From Acidimicrobiales bacterium (GTDB lineage Bacteria; Actinomycetota; Acidimicrobiia; Acidimicrobiales; Bog-793), in contig DATLTN010000032.1 in assembly GCA_035533595.1 (NCBI GenBank), positions 184 through 64,183 on the forward strand: a stretch of 64,000 bases of DNA. The letters are read 5' to 3'. The notes under the pieces are model-generated. The model was given only the letters and a program-made list of their open reading frames with translations, did not search any database and was not told the DNA's origin. The number at the start of each line of letters is the position of its first letter. Position 1 is the first letter of the stretch. Of this stretch, positions 22,481 to 33,600 are shown piece by piece. Both the position numbers and the translations under genes were made by a program.

Positions 22481-24553
22481 TCAACCGACCTCGCGCAGCT
22501 CCCTTCGCAGTGAGCGGACTTCGTCGCGAAGGCGCGCCGCGTACTCGAAGCGGAGCTCGGTGGCGGCCTGGCGCATCTCGGCCTCGAGGGTGTCGACGAG
22601 GCGGTTGAGCTCCTCGGAGGGGAGCTCGCCGGGGTGCTCGGGGAGGGGAGCGCCGGCGTGCGCGGCCGCGCGCCGGCCGGCGCGGCGCGAGCGGTCCGAG
22701 CGCCGTCCCGGCACCGGCGCCCCGTCGTCAGCGAGCATCGCCCCGACACCGGAGGCCATCCGGAACTGCGCGACCAGGTCGGTCACGGCCTTGCGGATCG
22801 TCTGCGGGTCGATGCCGTGCTCGGTGTTGTAGGCGATCTGGCGGGCGCGGCGCCGCTCCACCTCGGACATCGCGTTGCGCATCGAGTCGGTGATCACGTC
22901 CGCGTAGAGGATCACGCGCCCCGCCGAGTTGCGCGCCGCCCGCCCCATCGTCTGGATGAGCGAGGTCGAGGAGCGGAGGAAGCCCTCCTTGTCGGCGTCG
23001 AGGATCGCGACGAGTGAGACCTCGGGGAGGTCGAGGCCCTCGCGGAGCAAGTTGATCCCGACGAGCACATCGAACTCGCCGAGGCGCAGGTCGCGCAGCG
23101 TCTCGATGCGCTCCAGCGTCTCGACGTTGGAGTGCAGGTAGCGGACGCGCAGCCCCGACTCGAGGAGGTAGTCCGAGAGGTCCTCCGCCATCTTCTTGGT
23201 GAGCGTCGTCACCAGGGTGCGCTCGCCCCGCTCGTTCACCTTCTCGATCTCCGCGATGAGATCGTCGATCTGGCGCTTGGTGGGCTTCACCGTGACCTCG
23301 GGGTCGATGAGGCCGGTCGGGCGGACGATCTGCTCGGCGACGCGCCCGGAGATGCCGAGCTCGTATGCCGACGGCGTCGCCGACATGAAGATGCACTGGT
23401 TGATGCGGCCTTCGAGCTCCTCGAAGCGCAGCGGCCGGTTGTCCATCGCGGAGGGCAGGCGGAAGCCGTGCTCGACGAGGACCTCCTTGCGGGAGCGGTC
23501 GCCGAAGAACTGGCCGTGCAGCTGCGGCACGCTCACGTGGCTCTCGTCGACGACGAGCAGCCAGTCGTCGGGGAAGTAGTCGAGGAGGGTGTACGGCGGC
23601 TGGCCGGCGCTGCGGCCGTCGAGATGGCGGCTGTAGTTCTCGATCCCGGCGCACGTCCCGACCTCGGCGAGCATCTCCAGGTCGTGCTCGGTGCGCATCC
23701 GCAGCCGCTGCGCCTCGAGCAGCTTGTCGTTGCCTTCGAGCTCGCGGAGTCGCTCGCCGAGCTCCACCTCGATGCCGGCGATCGCCTTGCGCATCCGCTC
23801 GTCGCCGGCGACGTAGTGGCTGGCGGGGAAGACGACGAGCTCCTCGAGCTCGCCGAGCAGCTCGCCGGTGAGTGCGTCGAAGCGGGTGATGCGCTCGACC
23901 TGGTCGCCGAAGAGCTCGACGCGCACCGCCGTCTCCTCGTAGGCGGGGTGGATCTCGATCGTGTCCCCGCGCACCCGGAAGCGGCCGCGCACGAGGTTCT
24001 GGTCGTTGCGCTCGTAGTACATGTCGACCAGGCGGCGCAGCGTCGCCCGCTGGTCGATCGTGTCGCCGGGGTGCAGGAAGAGGATCTTGTCCCGGTACTC
24101 CTCGGGCGAGCCGAGGCCGTAGATGCAGCTCACCGACGCGACGACGATCACGTCCCGGCGGGTGAGCAGCGACGAGGTCGTCGAGTGGCGGAGGCGGTCG
24201 ATCTCGTCGTTGATCGACGAGTCCTTCTCGATGTAGGTGTCGGTCGTCGGGAGATAGGCCTCGGGCTGGTAGTAGTCGTAATAGGAGACGAAGTACTCCA
24301 CCCGGTTCTCGGGGAAGAACTCCCGGAACTCGCCCGCGAGCTGCGCCGCGAGGGACTTGTTCGGCGCGAGTACGAGAGTCGGCTTCTGCGCCTGCTCGAT
24401 CGTCCAGGCGATGGTCGCGCTCTTCCCGCTCCCGGTGATGCCGAGGAGGGTCTGGAAGCGCTCCCCCTCCCCCAGCCCCGCGGAGAGCTCCGCGATCGCC
24501 CGCGGCTGGTCTCCGGCCGGCGAGAACTCCGAGACGACGTGGAAAGGGGGCAT
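22481..24553 (-). CDS. uvrB: excinuclease ABC subunit B
   Basis: [34 protein letters not shown]-terminal UVR domain. Confidence 0.97.
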   Translation of the reverse strand: MPPFHVVSEFSPAGDQPRAIAELSAGLGEGERFQTLLGITGSGKSATIAWTIEQAQKPTLVLAPNKSLAAQLAGEFREFFPENRVEYFVSYYDYYQPEAYLPTTDTYIEKDSSINDEIDRLRHSTTSSLLTRRDVIVVASVSCIYGLGSPEEYRDKILFLHPGDTIDQRATLRRLVDMYYERNDQNLVRGRFRVRGDTIEIHPAYEETAVRVELFGDQVERITRFDALTGELLGELEELVVFPASHYVAGDERMRKAIAGIEVELGERLRELEGNDKLLEAQRLRMRTEHDLEMLAEVGTCAGIENYSRHLDGRSAGQPPYTLLDYFPDDWLLVVDESHVSVPQLHGQFFGDRSRKEVLVEHGFRLPSAMDNRPLRFEELEGRINQCIFMSATPSAYELGISGRVAEQIVRPTGLIDPEVTVKPTKRQIDDLIAEIEKVNERGERTLVTTLTKKMAEDLSDYLLESGLRVRYLHSNVETLERIETLRDLRLGEFDVLVGINLLREGLDLPEVSLVAILDADKEGFLRSSTSLIQTMGRAARNSAGRVILYADVITDSMRNAMSEVERRRARQIAYNTEHGIDPQTIRKAVTDLVAQFRMASGVGAMLADDGAPVPGRRSDRSRRAGRRAAAHAGAPLPEHPGELPSEELNRLVDTLEAEMRQAATELRFEYAARLRDEVRSLRRELREVG

Positions 24554-24620
24554 CCGGCGCAGGATACCGGGGGGCTATATCACTCCTGCCGGCCGGCGCG
24601 GGGGCTCGCGAACGGGCTGC

Positions 24621-27600
24621 TCAGCCGCCCGCGATATGGGTCACGACGAGGTAGACGCTGACGACCACGAGGGGCACCCCCGCCAGCCGGCGCGCCCATT
24701 CCCGCGAGGCCGGGAGCGCCGCCGCTCGTTCGGCCCTGGTCATCCCGCGCTCAGCCTCGGCCGCCCGGAACTGCGTACGGGCGCTCTCGTGCTCGAGGTA
24801 ACCGAAGGCCTCGTCGGCGACAGGGTGGCCGTGCTCGCCCCCGGAGGCGGCGCCGACGAGGACCAGCTCGGCCTCGCGCTCGACGCCTTCCTGCTCCTCG
24901 CCCCCCTCCCCCTGGTACCCATCGCCTTCGCCCTCTTCGCCCTCTCCCGCTTCCTCGTCCTCGTCCTCGTCTTCTTCGTCGGTCTCGAAGAGCTCGAGGG
25001 ACCACGAGACGAGGACCGGCAGCGGGAGGAGGATGAAGCCGAGCGCCTCGGCGAGCTTGGCGTCGTGAACGAGGTGGCCGAGCAGGCGCGAGAGCAGCAC
25101 GCCCGTCGTGATGATGAGGAACCAGTTGACGAGGCCCGCGGGCTTCCACTTCGTGACGAACTTGCTCTTCGGGATCTTCTCCGCGAAGAGCCAGGGGACG
25201 AGCGGGGCGAAGAAGACCGCCGCGCCGACGTACAACGGCCAGCTCGAGCCGGTGTAGGAGATCGAGATGAAGAGGAAGAGGACGACCTGCACGACGAGCG
25301 ACAGCCCGACCTGCAGGTTCTCGGACTCGAGCACGCCGTCGTGGGTCACTCTCTCGAGGCGCCTCGGATAGTGGTGGGCGGCGATCGTTTCGAGGACCAG
25401 GCGCGCCGCGAGGAAGCCGAGGACCGAGAAGGCGATGACGTTGATGTCCTTCTCGATCGGCAGGTCGACGCCGGCGAGTCCGGCGAGGGCGCCCGTCATC
25501 TTCTCGGCCGCCCACGCCGCGAAGAGGCCACCGATCACCAGGTCGGCGCCGCGGTCCCACAGGCCACCGAGGCTCCGGTGCAGGTTGCGGCGCAGCGGCC
25601 GCAGCGCGGCCGCGGCAAGCGGCACCGCGAACCACAACAGGACGATCCCGGCACCGTCGCGGATCTCATTGGTCGAAGTGATGTGGCCGGCGAACAGAGC
25701 CGCCGCGAAGAAGGCGATCCCGGCGAGGTAGCCGAGGGTCGAGTCGAAGAGGCTGAACCCGAGCACGGCGAGGAACAGTCCGAGCGAGGGCGGCACGGCG
25801 TACCAGCCGGTGCTCGCCGAGGCGTAGAGCCCGACGGCGAGCGCCGCGGCGCAGAACAGCAGCCAGGCGCCGCCGAACATCGCCCGCAGGTAGTCGCCGT
25901 CGACAAAGACGCGCCCGGCGACCGGCGAGATCGCCGCGATCCGCACCGGGGAGTGCTTGGAGAAGTGGTCGAGCTTGTCGGTGAGCGGCCAGCGCCAGCT
26001 CCGGGAGCGGTCGCCGCGCGGGCCGCCCTTGAGCTTCAGCCGCGTCCGCTCGAGCTCGACGTCCTCGAGGTAGCCGCCGCCGTCCGAGCCGCCGCCCTTC
26101 GAGCCGCCGCCGGAGCCGCCACCACTCCCCCCACCGAGCGCCGAGCTGACCGCGCCGAGGGCCGCAGTGGTGCCGGCGGTCGTCGCGAGGACGCTCGCCT
26201 TGTGCGCGGACGGGACGAAGGCGACGTCGTTCGCGAGCGGGCCGGGCGGCACGGTGCCGACGCTGCCGAGGAGCGCGCCGGTCGCGACCGTGAAGGCCTC
26301 GGTCTGGGCGACGATCGAGCCGTTCTTCAGCGTGCCGCTCACGACGATGTGGTGGGCACCGGTCGCGAGGTTGCTCGGGAGGCCGACGTTCGCGTCGAAG
26401 GTCCCGTTGCCCGCGACGCGCGACGTGCCGAGCTCGGTCGGCGTCGAGTGGGCGACGATCGAGACACTGGAGCGGGGCCTGAAGCCCTTCCCGTGGACGT
26501 GCACGTGGCCGTGGGTGATCGAGATCCCGGGCTGGCCGACGATGTCGATCGCCACGTCACCGGAGGGCGCCGGCGCCAGCGTCGTGCTCGTCGAGCCGCT
26601 TCCCGGGCCGGGGGCGAGCGTCGTGGTCGTGGTGGTCGTCGGGATGGTCGTGGTCGTCGTCGTGGTGGTGGTGGCCGGCGCGGCCGGGCCGACCTGCAGG
26701 CTCACCGAGGAGGTCGCGGTCGCGTAGTCAGTGGCGTCGGTGGGGGTGAAGCTCGCCGAGAGGGTGACGTTCCCCGCGGAAGGGGTGCTCCCCGCTGCGG
26801 GCTGGTAGCTGAAGCTCCCCGGCACCGGGGCGCTGGCGTCGAGCTGGGTCGCCGACAGCACGGTCCCCTCGGTGATCGCCGCCGGCGTCGGCCAGGTGAT
26901 GGTCGGGGTCGCCGGGTTGACCAGCAGCGTCGTGCTCGCCCTGGCGGGGGTGTAGTTGGCGGTGTTCGCCGGCGTGAAGGCCACCGTCAGGGTGTCGCTG
27001 CCGCCCGCCGGGGTGCCGCCCGCCGCGGGCTGGTAGGCGAAGGTCCCCGGCACCGCGCTCGCGGCGTCGAGCTGGGTCGGCGAGAGGGTCGTGCCGTAGG
27101 TGACCGCGGCGGGCGTCGTCCAGGTCACCACCGGGATTGCCTTGCCGACGGAGAGGGTCACGCTCTTGGTCGCCGCGGTGTAGTCCTGGGGGTCAGCGGG
27201 GGTGAAGGTGACCGACAGCGTGTCGCTCCCCGCCGCGGGGACCGAGCCCGAGGAGGGCTGGTAGGAGAAGCTGCCGTTCACCGCGGAGGTGGCGTCGAGC
27301 TGGGTCGCCGAGAGGGCGGTGCCGTAGGTGAGGGGCCCCGGCGCCGTCCAGGTCACCGTCGGGGCCGCCTTGGCGACGGTGAGGATCACGCTCTTGGTCA
27401 CCGTGGCGTAGTCGGTCGAGTCGGTGGGGGTGAAGGTGACCGACAGCGTGTCGCTCCCCGCGGCGGGGGAAGAGCCGAGGGCGGGGGTGTACGAGAACGA
27501 CCCAGGCGTGGGCGAGTCGGCGTCGAGCTGGCCCGAGGAGAGCGTCGCGCCGAAGGTGATCCCGGCGGGGGTCGGCCAGTCCACCGACGGCGTCACCTGC

Positions 27601-30600
27601 GTCACCTTCGCCGTGCCGGCGACGTAGCTGAAGGTGTAGCGCGAGGAGCTGCCGCCGCTGCAGGTGGTCGCGTAGCTGCCGACCGATGAGCTGGCGCTGG
27701 CGGAGGTGCTGCAGGTCGGCTCGGTGGCGAGCGTGCCGGCGTCGTCGCCCCGGACGAAGCCGGCGTAGTTCGCGGTGACCGCCGGCGCGGCGCTCCCGTA
27801 GCTGAAGGCCGCCGAGGAGGCCGTCACGGTGAGCGGTGCACCGGCGACGGTGAAGCGCTGGCTCGCCGAGGCCTGCAGGAAGCTCGTCGTGGCCGCCGCG
27901 GTGGCGTCGATCACGCAGGCGCCGGTGCCGGTGAACTCGACCGTGCCGCCCGAGAGCGTGCAGACGCCGACCCCCGAAGCGGGGTCGATGCTGAAGGCCG
28001 CCACCGCGACGCGCGCCGGGCTCACCGTCGCCGTCAGCGTGTAGCTCCCCCCGTAGACCGCGGCGGGCGGGCTCGAGGTGAAGGCCACCGCCGACGAGCC
28101 CTGGGTGACCTGCAGGCTCACCGAGGCCGTGACCGTGCGGTAGTCGGCGCCGTCGGTGGGGGTGAAGGTCGCCGAGAGGTTCGCGGTGCCGACCGCGGGG
28201 ACGCTGCCGAGCGCCGGCGTGTAGGACAAGGTGCCCGGCACCGAGGCGGTGGCGTCGAGCTGGGTCGCCGAGAGGGCGGTGCCGAAGGTGACCGGCGTCG
28301 GCGGCGACCAGGTGACCGCCGGCGTCCCCTGGCCGACCGCGACCTCCTCGTCGACCTGGCTCGCGGTGTAGTCCGTGCCACCCAGCTGGTCGGCCTCGAC
28401 GACGCAGAGGCCGACGTGGGCGAAGCTCACCAGGTTGGCCGAGATCGTGCAGGCGCCGTTGGTCGTCGCCGCGGCGATCGAGAGGCGGAGGGTGTTGCCC
28501 GAGGGGCCGCCGCTCGGGCTCACCTCGAAGGTGCCGGCGACGGTCACGCCCCCCGCCGCGAGCACGTCAAGGCCGCCGCTCGAGTTGGCGACGTACGCGT
28601 GGAGGCCGTCGGGAGAGACGGCGACGGCGGCGGGGCTGCCCCCGAGGGCGACGGAGCTGTCGAGGGCATCGGTGGTGGTCGAGAAGGTCGACACCTGCGC
28701 CGATGAGCCCTCGGCCACATAGACCGTCGAGCCGTCAGGGGCCACCGCCACCGAGGAGGCGCCGGCGAGGCCGCTCACCGTGGCGGTCACCGCGTCAGAG
28801 GAGGTGGCGAGGACCTGCACGCTGTTCAGCGCGCCGTTGGCGACGTAGAGCGTCGAGCCGTCAGTCGAGAGGGCGACCCCGGAGGGCGAGCCGCCGAGGC
28901 CAGTGGTCGCGGCGAGCGCGCCCGAGTCGAGGTCGACGACCGCCACCTTGGCGAAGGAGGGCTCGGTGACGTACAGGGTCGAGCCGTCGGCCGAGACGGC
29001 CACCCCCATCGCTCCCGGCGTGACCGCCAGCGTTGAGACGACCGCGTGCGAAGCGGTGTCGATCACGCTCACGCTTCCCGAGCCCGTGTTCGCGACGTAG
29101 GCGCGCGAGCCGTCGGGCGAGAGGGCGATCCCCTCCGGCTGGCTGCCGACGTTCACGGTGGCGGCGACGGTGTCGGTGAGGAGGTCGACCACGCTGACCG
29201 TCGCGCCGCCCCGGTTGGTGACGTAGGCGGTGTGACCGTCGGGCGCGAGGGCGAGGGCGGAGGGCTGGCTTCCGACGGCGACGGAAGCGGTCACGGCGTC
29301 GCTGGCCGTGTTCAGCACCGACAGCGTGCCGGTCGACTGGTTGACCACGTAGGCGCTGGCGCCGTCAGGGCTGACGGCCGTGCCGACGGCCCCCGCCGGG
29401 GTGGCGACGGTCGTCTGCAGGGAGGCGTTGGCGTTCGGCGAGAAGGCGTAGGTGATGTGCTGTTGCGCCTTGGCGACGGTGAGGCTCACGCTCGCCGAGG
29501 CCGCGGTGTAGTCGACCGAGTCGGTTGGTGTGAAGGCGACCTGCAGCGTCTGGCTCCCGGCGTCGGGCAGGCTGCCGAGGGGCGGGGTGTAGCTGAGGGT
29601 CCCCGGCACCGACGCACTGGCGTCGAGCTCGCTCGCCGAGAGCACCGCCCCGTAGGTGATCGGCGCGGGCGTCGGCCAGGTGACCAGCGGTGTCGCCTGT
29701 CCGACGGTGACCTGGCCCGGCGCGTAGGTGATCGCGTAGTTCGCGTCGACGGCGCCCGAGCAGCTCGTCGGGTAGAGGCCGACGGGCGACGAGGCGGTGG
29801 CGGTGGTCGAGCAGCTCGGCGCGGTCGTCAGCGCGGCGACGCCCTCACTGTTCACGAAGCCCGAGTAGAGGGGGGTGATCGATGGCGGCGCGCCGCCGTG
29901 GAGGATGCTCCCCGAGGAGGCAGTGATGCTGAGCTGCGCCGGCACGACGTCGAGGCCCCCGGTGGTGGAGACCGTGCTGTAATCGGCGCTGTCGGTCGGT
30001 GTGAAGGTCACCGAGAGGTTGTGCAGCCCCGCGCCGAGCACCGTCCCCGCCGACGAGCTGTACGCGTAGCTTCCGGCCACCGACGCCGAGGCGTCGAGGT
30101 CCGTCGCCGGGAGCGCCGCACCGTAGGTGATCACCGGCGTGAGGGTCACCGCGAGCGTGCCGAAGTTGTCCGAGAAGTCGCCCGCCGGGGGGCAGTCGTT
30201 GCTCGCGAGCAGCAAGTCGCCCGGCCCGGCGACCGTGCTCGGCCCGTCACCGAGGGTGAACCAGCTGCTGCCGCCGTCGAGCGAGCCCACGAGCTCTCCC
30301 GCCCAGCCGGAGGGAGCGAGCTCGCAGCCGCCGAAGCTCGTGCCGACCTCGCCGTTCGCGTCCGCGAGGGGGAGGCCCCCGCCCGGCGACCAGAGGCCGC
30401 TCGCGGTCACGAAGACCGACTGGCCGGCGGTGAGGTTGACCCCCGTCGAGGCCCCGGGAAAGGCATCCGATTCGGCGCTCACGGTCGTCGCCCCGGGGAT
30501 CGCCCAGCTGAGCGAGGGGGCCAGCTGGTGGACGGTGATCGTCTGCTGCGCCTCGGCCGCCGCCGAGTAGGCGCTGTTGCCGGCCTGGTCGGCGGCGAGG

Positions 30601-33600
30601 ACGCAGCTGCCGGCGTGGTCGAAGGTCACGCTCCCGGCGGAGAAGCTGCAGGCGCTGCTGGTCGTCGAGGCGGCGACGGTGATCGTCGGGCTGAGGCCCG
30701 AACTGGCCGAGGCGGTGACGGCGTAGGTGTCGCCGACGGTGGCCGCCACCGGGGCCGCAGAGGTGAAGCTCACGCTCTGTGCGTGGGCGGCGACGGTGAT
30801 CGTCGTCGATGCGCTGTCGACGAGGTTCGCCCCGTCATAGGCGGCGACGGTGAAGGTCGAGCTGCCCGAGGCGGTCGGTGTCCCGCCGAGGGCACCGCTC
30901 GCAGAGTTGAGCGAGAGGCCGCCGGGGAGCGAGCCCCCCGGCGCCACCTCGTAGTGGGCGCTCACGCCGTTCGGGTCGCTCGCCGTGAAGGTGTAGCCGG
31001 CGTAGGCGGTGTTCGCCGTCGCTGAGGTCGGGGGCGTGTCGGCGCTCCACGTGGGGGGCTCGCTCGCCACGGCGACGCCGTAGACGAAGTGCCCGCTCGC
31101 GCTGTAGGGCGTCGTCGGAGTTCCGCCGCCGGCGGGGATCTTGTAGACGTTGCCCGAGCCCGAGTCGTCGACGTAGAGGTCGCCCGCCACGTCGGTGGCG
31201 AGGCCGAGGGGGGCGTTCAGCGTTTTCGAGCCGGTGCTCACCACCGAGGGGCTGCCGCTCACCGGCACCTCGATGATGCGGTTGTTGTTGGTGTCGGAGA
31301 TGAACAGGTCACCCGCCCCATCGACGGCGAGGCCGTTCGGGCTGTTCAGCCCCAGGCCGCCCGTGGACACCGTCCGCATCGCCCCGCCGGCGAAGGGGAT
31401 CTCCTCGACGCGGTTGTTGCTCGAGTCTGCGAGGTAGACGGTGCTCCCGTCCTTGGTGATCGCGGAGAAGCGGACCGAGCTCCCGAGGCCCGCTGAGGGC
31501 GCGACGAGCACGGAGGCGCTGCCACCGTGGGGCACCTTGTAGACCGTCGCCGCGGCGGCGTCGGGAACGACGAGGTCGCCCGCGTTGTCGACCGAGGGGC
31601 CCTTGGCCGAGGAGGTCCCGACGTGGATCGTCCCGGCCGCGGCGGCGCCGGCCGGCCAGTAGTCGACGGTCGTGCTTGCGGTGCCGCCCCACAGGTCGCC
31701 GCTCGCGTCGGCGGCGACGCCGCGGCCGAAGTAGCCGACCTGCAGCGGGCTCCCCCCTGGTGCCTGCAGATAGAGGCCGCTCGACTGGTCGTCGAACAAG
31801 ACGCTGCCGTCCGCCGGGCGGGTGGTGAAGCTCTGCTGTACCTGGGTCGCCGCGGCGTAGTTCGTGTTCCCGGCCTGATTGGCGTCAAGGACGCATTCCC
31901 CGAGCGAGACGAAGGTGACCGTCGAGCCGGAGATCGTGCAGGCGCCGCTCGTCGAGGAGGCGTCGAGGGAGAAGGTGACCGGGTCGCCGGAGCCGCCGCC
32001 CGAGGCGCTGGCGGCGTAGCTGCCGCCGACCGTGGCGGCGGTCGGCGCGGTCGACGTGAACGACACCGTCTGGATGCCCTGGGTGACCGAGATCGCCTGC
32101 TGGACCTGGGGAGCGGCACCGTAGGAGGAGCTGCCCGTCTGGTTGGCGTCGACCGTGCAGGTCCCGACGGCGTTGTAGGTGACGACCCCGCCGCTGATCG
32201 AGCAGACCGAGGCCGAACTGGCGTCGATCGAGAAGGTCACGGGGTTGCCCGAGGCTCCCCCGGTCGCGGTCGGCGTGTACTGGCTCGCGACGGGGTCGCT
32301 CCCGGGGATCGAGGAGGTGAAGGTGATGCTCTGCGCCGTGAAGGACGCGGTGACCAGGAAGCCCTCGCGGTGCGTGGTGCTCTCGGTGAAGCGCCCGACC
32401 GCCGAGCACGTCCCCACCGAAGGGCACGCGATCGCCGAAGCCGCGACCGCGGGATCGCTCGCCGGCGAGGCGAGTGCAACCCCGGTCAGCTGGGACCAGC
32501 TGCCCCCGGACTCGAGGTCGACGAGGCCTTGGACGTGGGTGTTCGTGTCGTAGTACGTGCCGAACAGGCCGCAGTTTCCGACCGAGGGGCACGAGACGAG
32601 GCTCGGCGTGATGGGATAGCCGTTGCCCCCGGCGTTCGACGGGGCCGCGAGCTCGCTCTCGGTCCCCCAGGAGGTCGTCGAGGTCTCGGCCAGCCCGAAG
32701 CCCTGGAAGCTCCCGGCGGAGTCCTCGTAGAAGCCGACCGCCGTGCACCCGCCGTCAGCGGGGCAGGACACCGACTCGATCTGGTCGACCGTCCGGTTCG
32801 AGTTCGCCGGTGCGCTGGCCTCGATGCCCGAGGCCCATCCCGCAGCGGTGCGGTTGAGCAGCACGCCCTGCGCGTGGTTCGAGGGGTCGTTGTACGAGCC
32901 GACCGCCGCGCAGACGAGCGCCGACGAGCATGAGATCTGGCGCAGCTGGGCGAAGGGGTCGTTGGCCGTGCCCGATGGAAGCGTTGCCTCGGTCGCCGAC
33001 GACCACGTGTTGGCCGAGATCGAGGTCTCGTCGACGGTGAACCCGAGGGTGTCGTTCGAGCCGTCCTGGTAGCCGCCGACCGCCGAGCACTTCGCCGTCG
33101 AGCCGCACGAGACCCCGCTGAGGGTGATGCCCGGAGTCTGACTGGCGTTCGACGGCGCGGTGAGGGTGGTGGAGGACCATGAACCCGACGACAGGCTCAT
33201 CAGCAGCCCGAGGTTGGTCGAGCCGTTGTAGTAGTTCCCGACCGCGGAGCAGGTGCCGAGCGCCGGGCAGGAGATGCTCTTCACAGTGGCGTAGGGGTTC
33301 GACGCGGCTCCGGAGGGAAGTGACGGCGCCGTCGCGCTGAGCGAGCCTGAGCTGTCGGTCTCGACGAGCGGCATGACCGCGCCGCTCGAGTTCGTGTAGT
33401 TCCCGACGGCGAGGCACACGCTCGAGGAGGGGCACGCCGCGGCGGAGAAGGACACCGACGGGTTCGATCCCGCGTCGCTCGGAAGCGTCGCCGCCTGGCC
33501 GAAGGCGAGCAACCCGTTCTGCTCGGTCTCGACGACGCCCTGGACGTCTGACGAGCTGTCCGTGTACTTGCCGAAGGCGATGCAGTTGCCCGACGTGCCG

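Noticed and set aside
26695-27610. Tandem repeats of about 225 bp as a possible CRISPR or satellite array
   Set aside because: In-frame, degenerate protein-coding repeats with no spacers; no cas genes in the window
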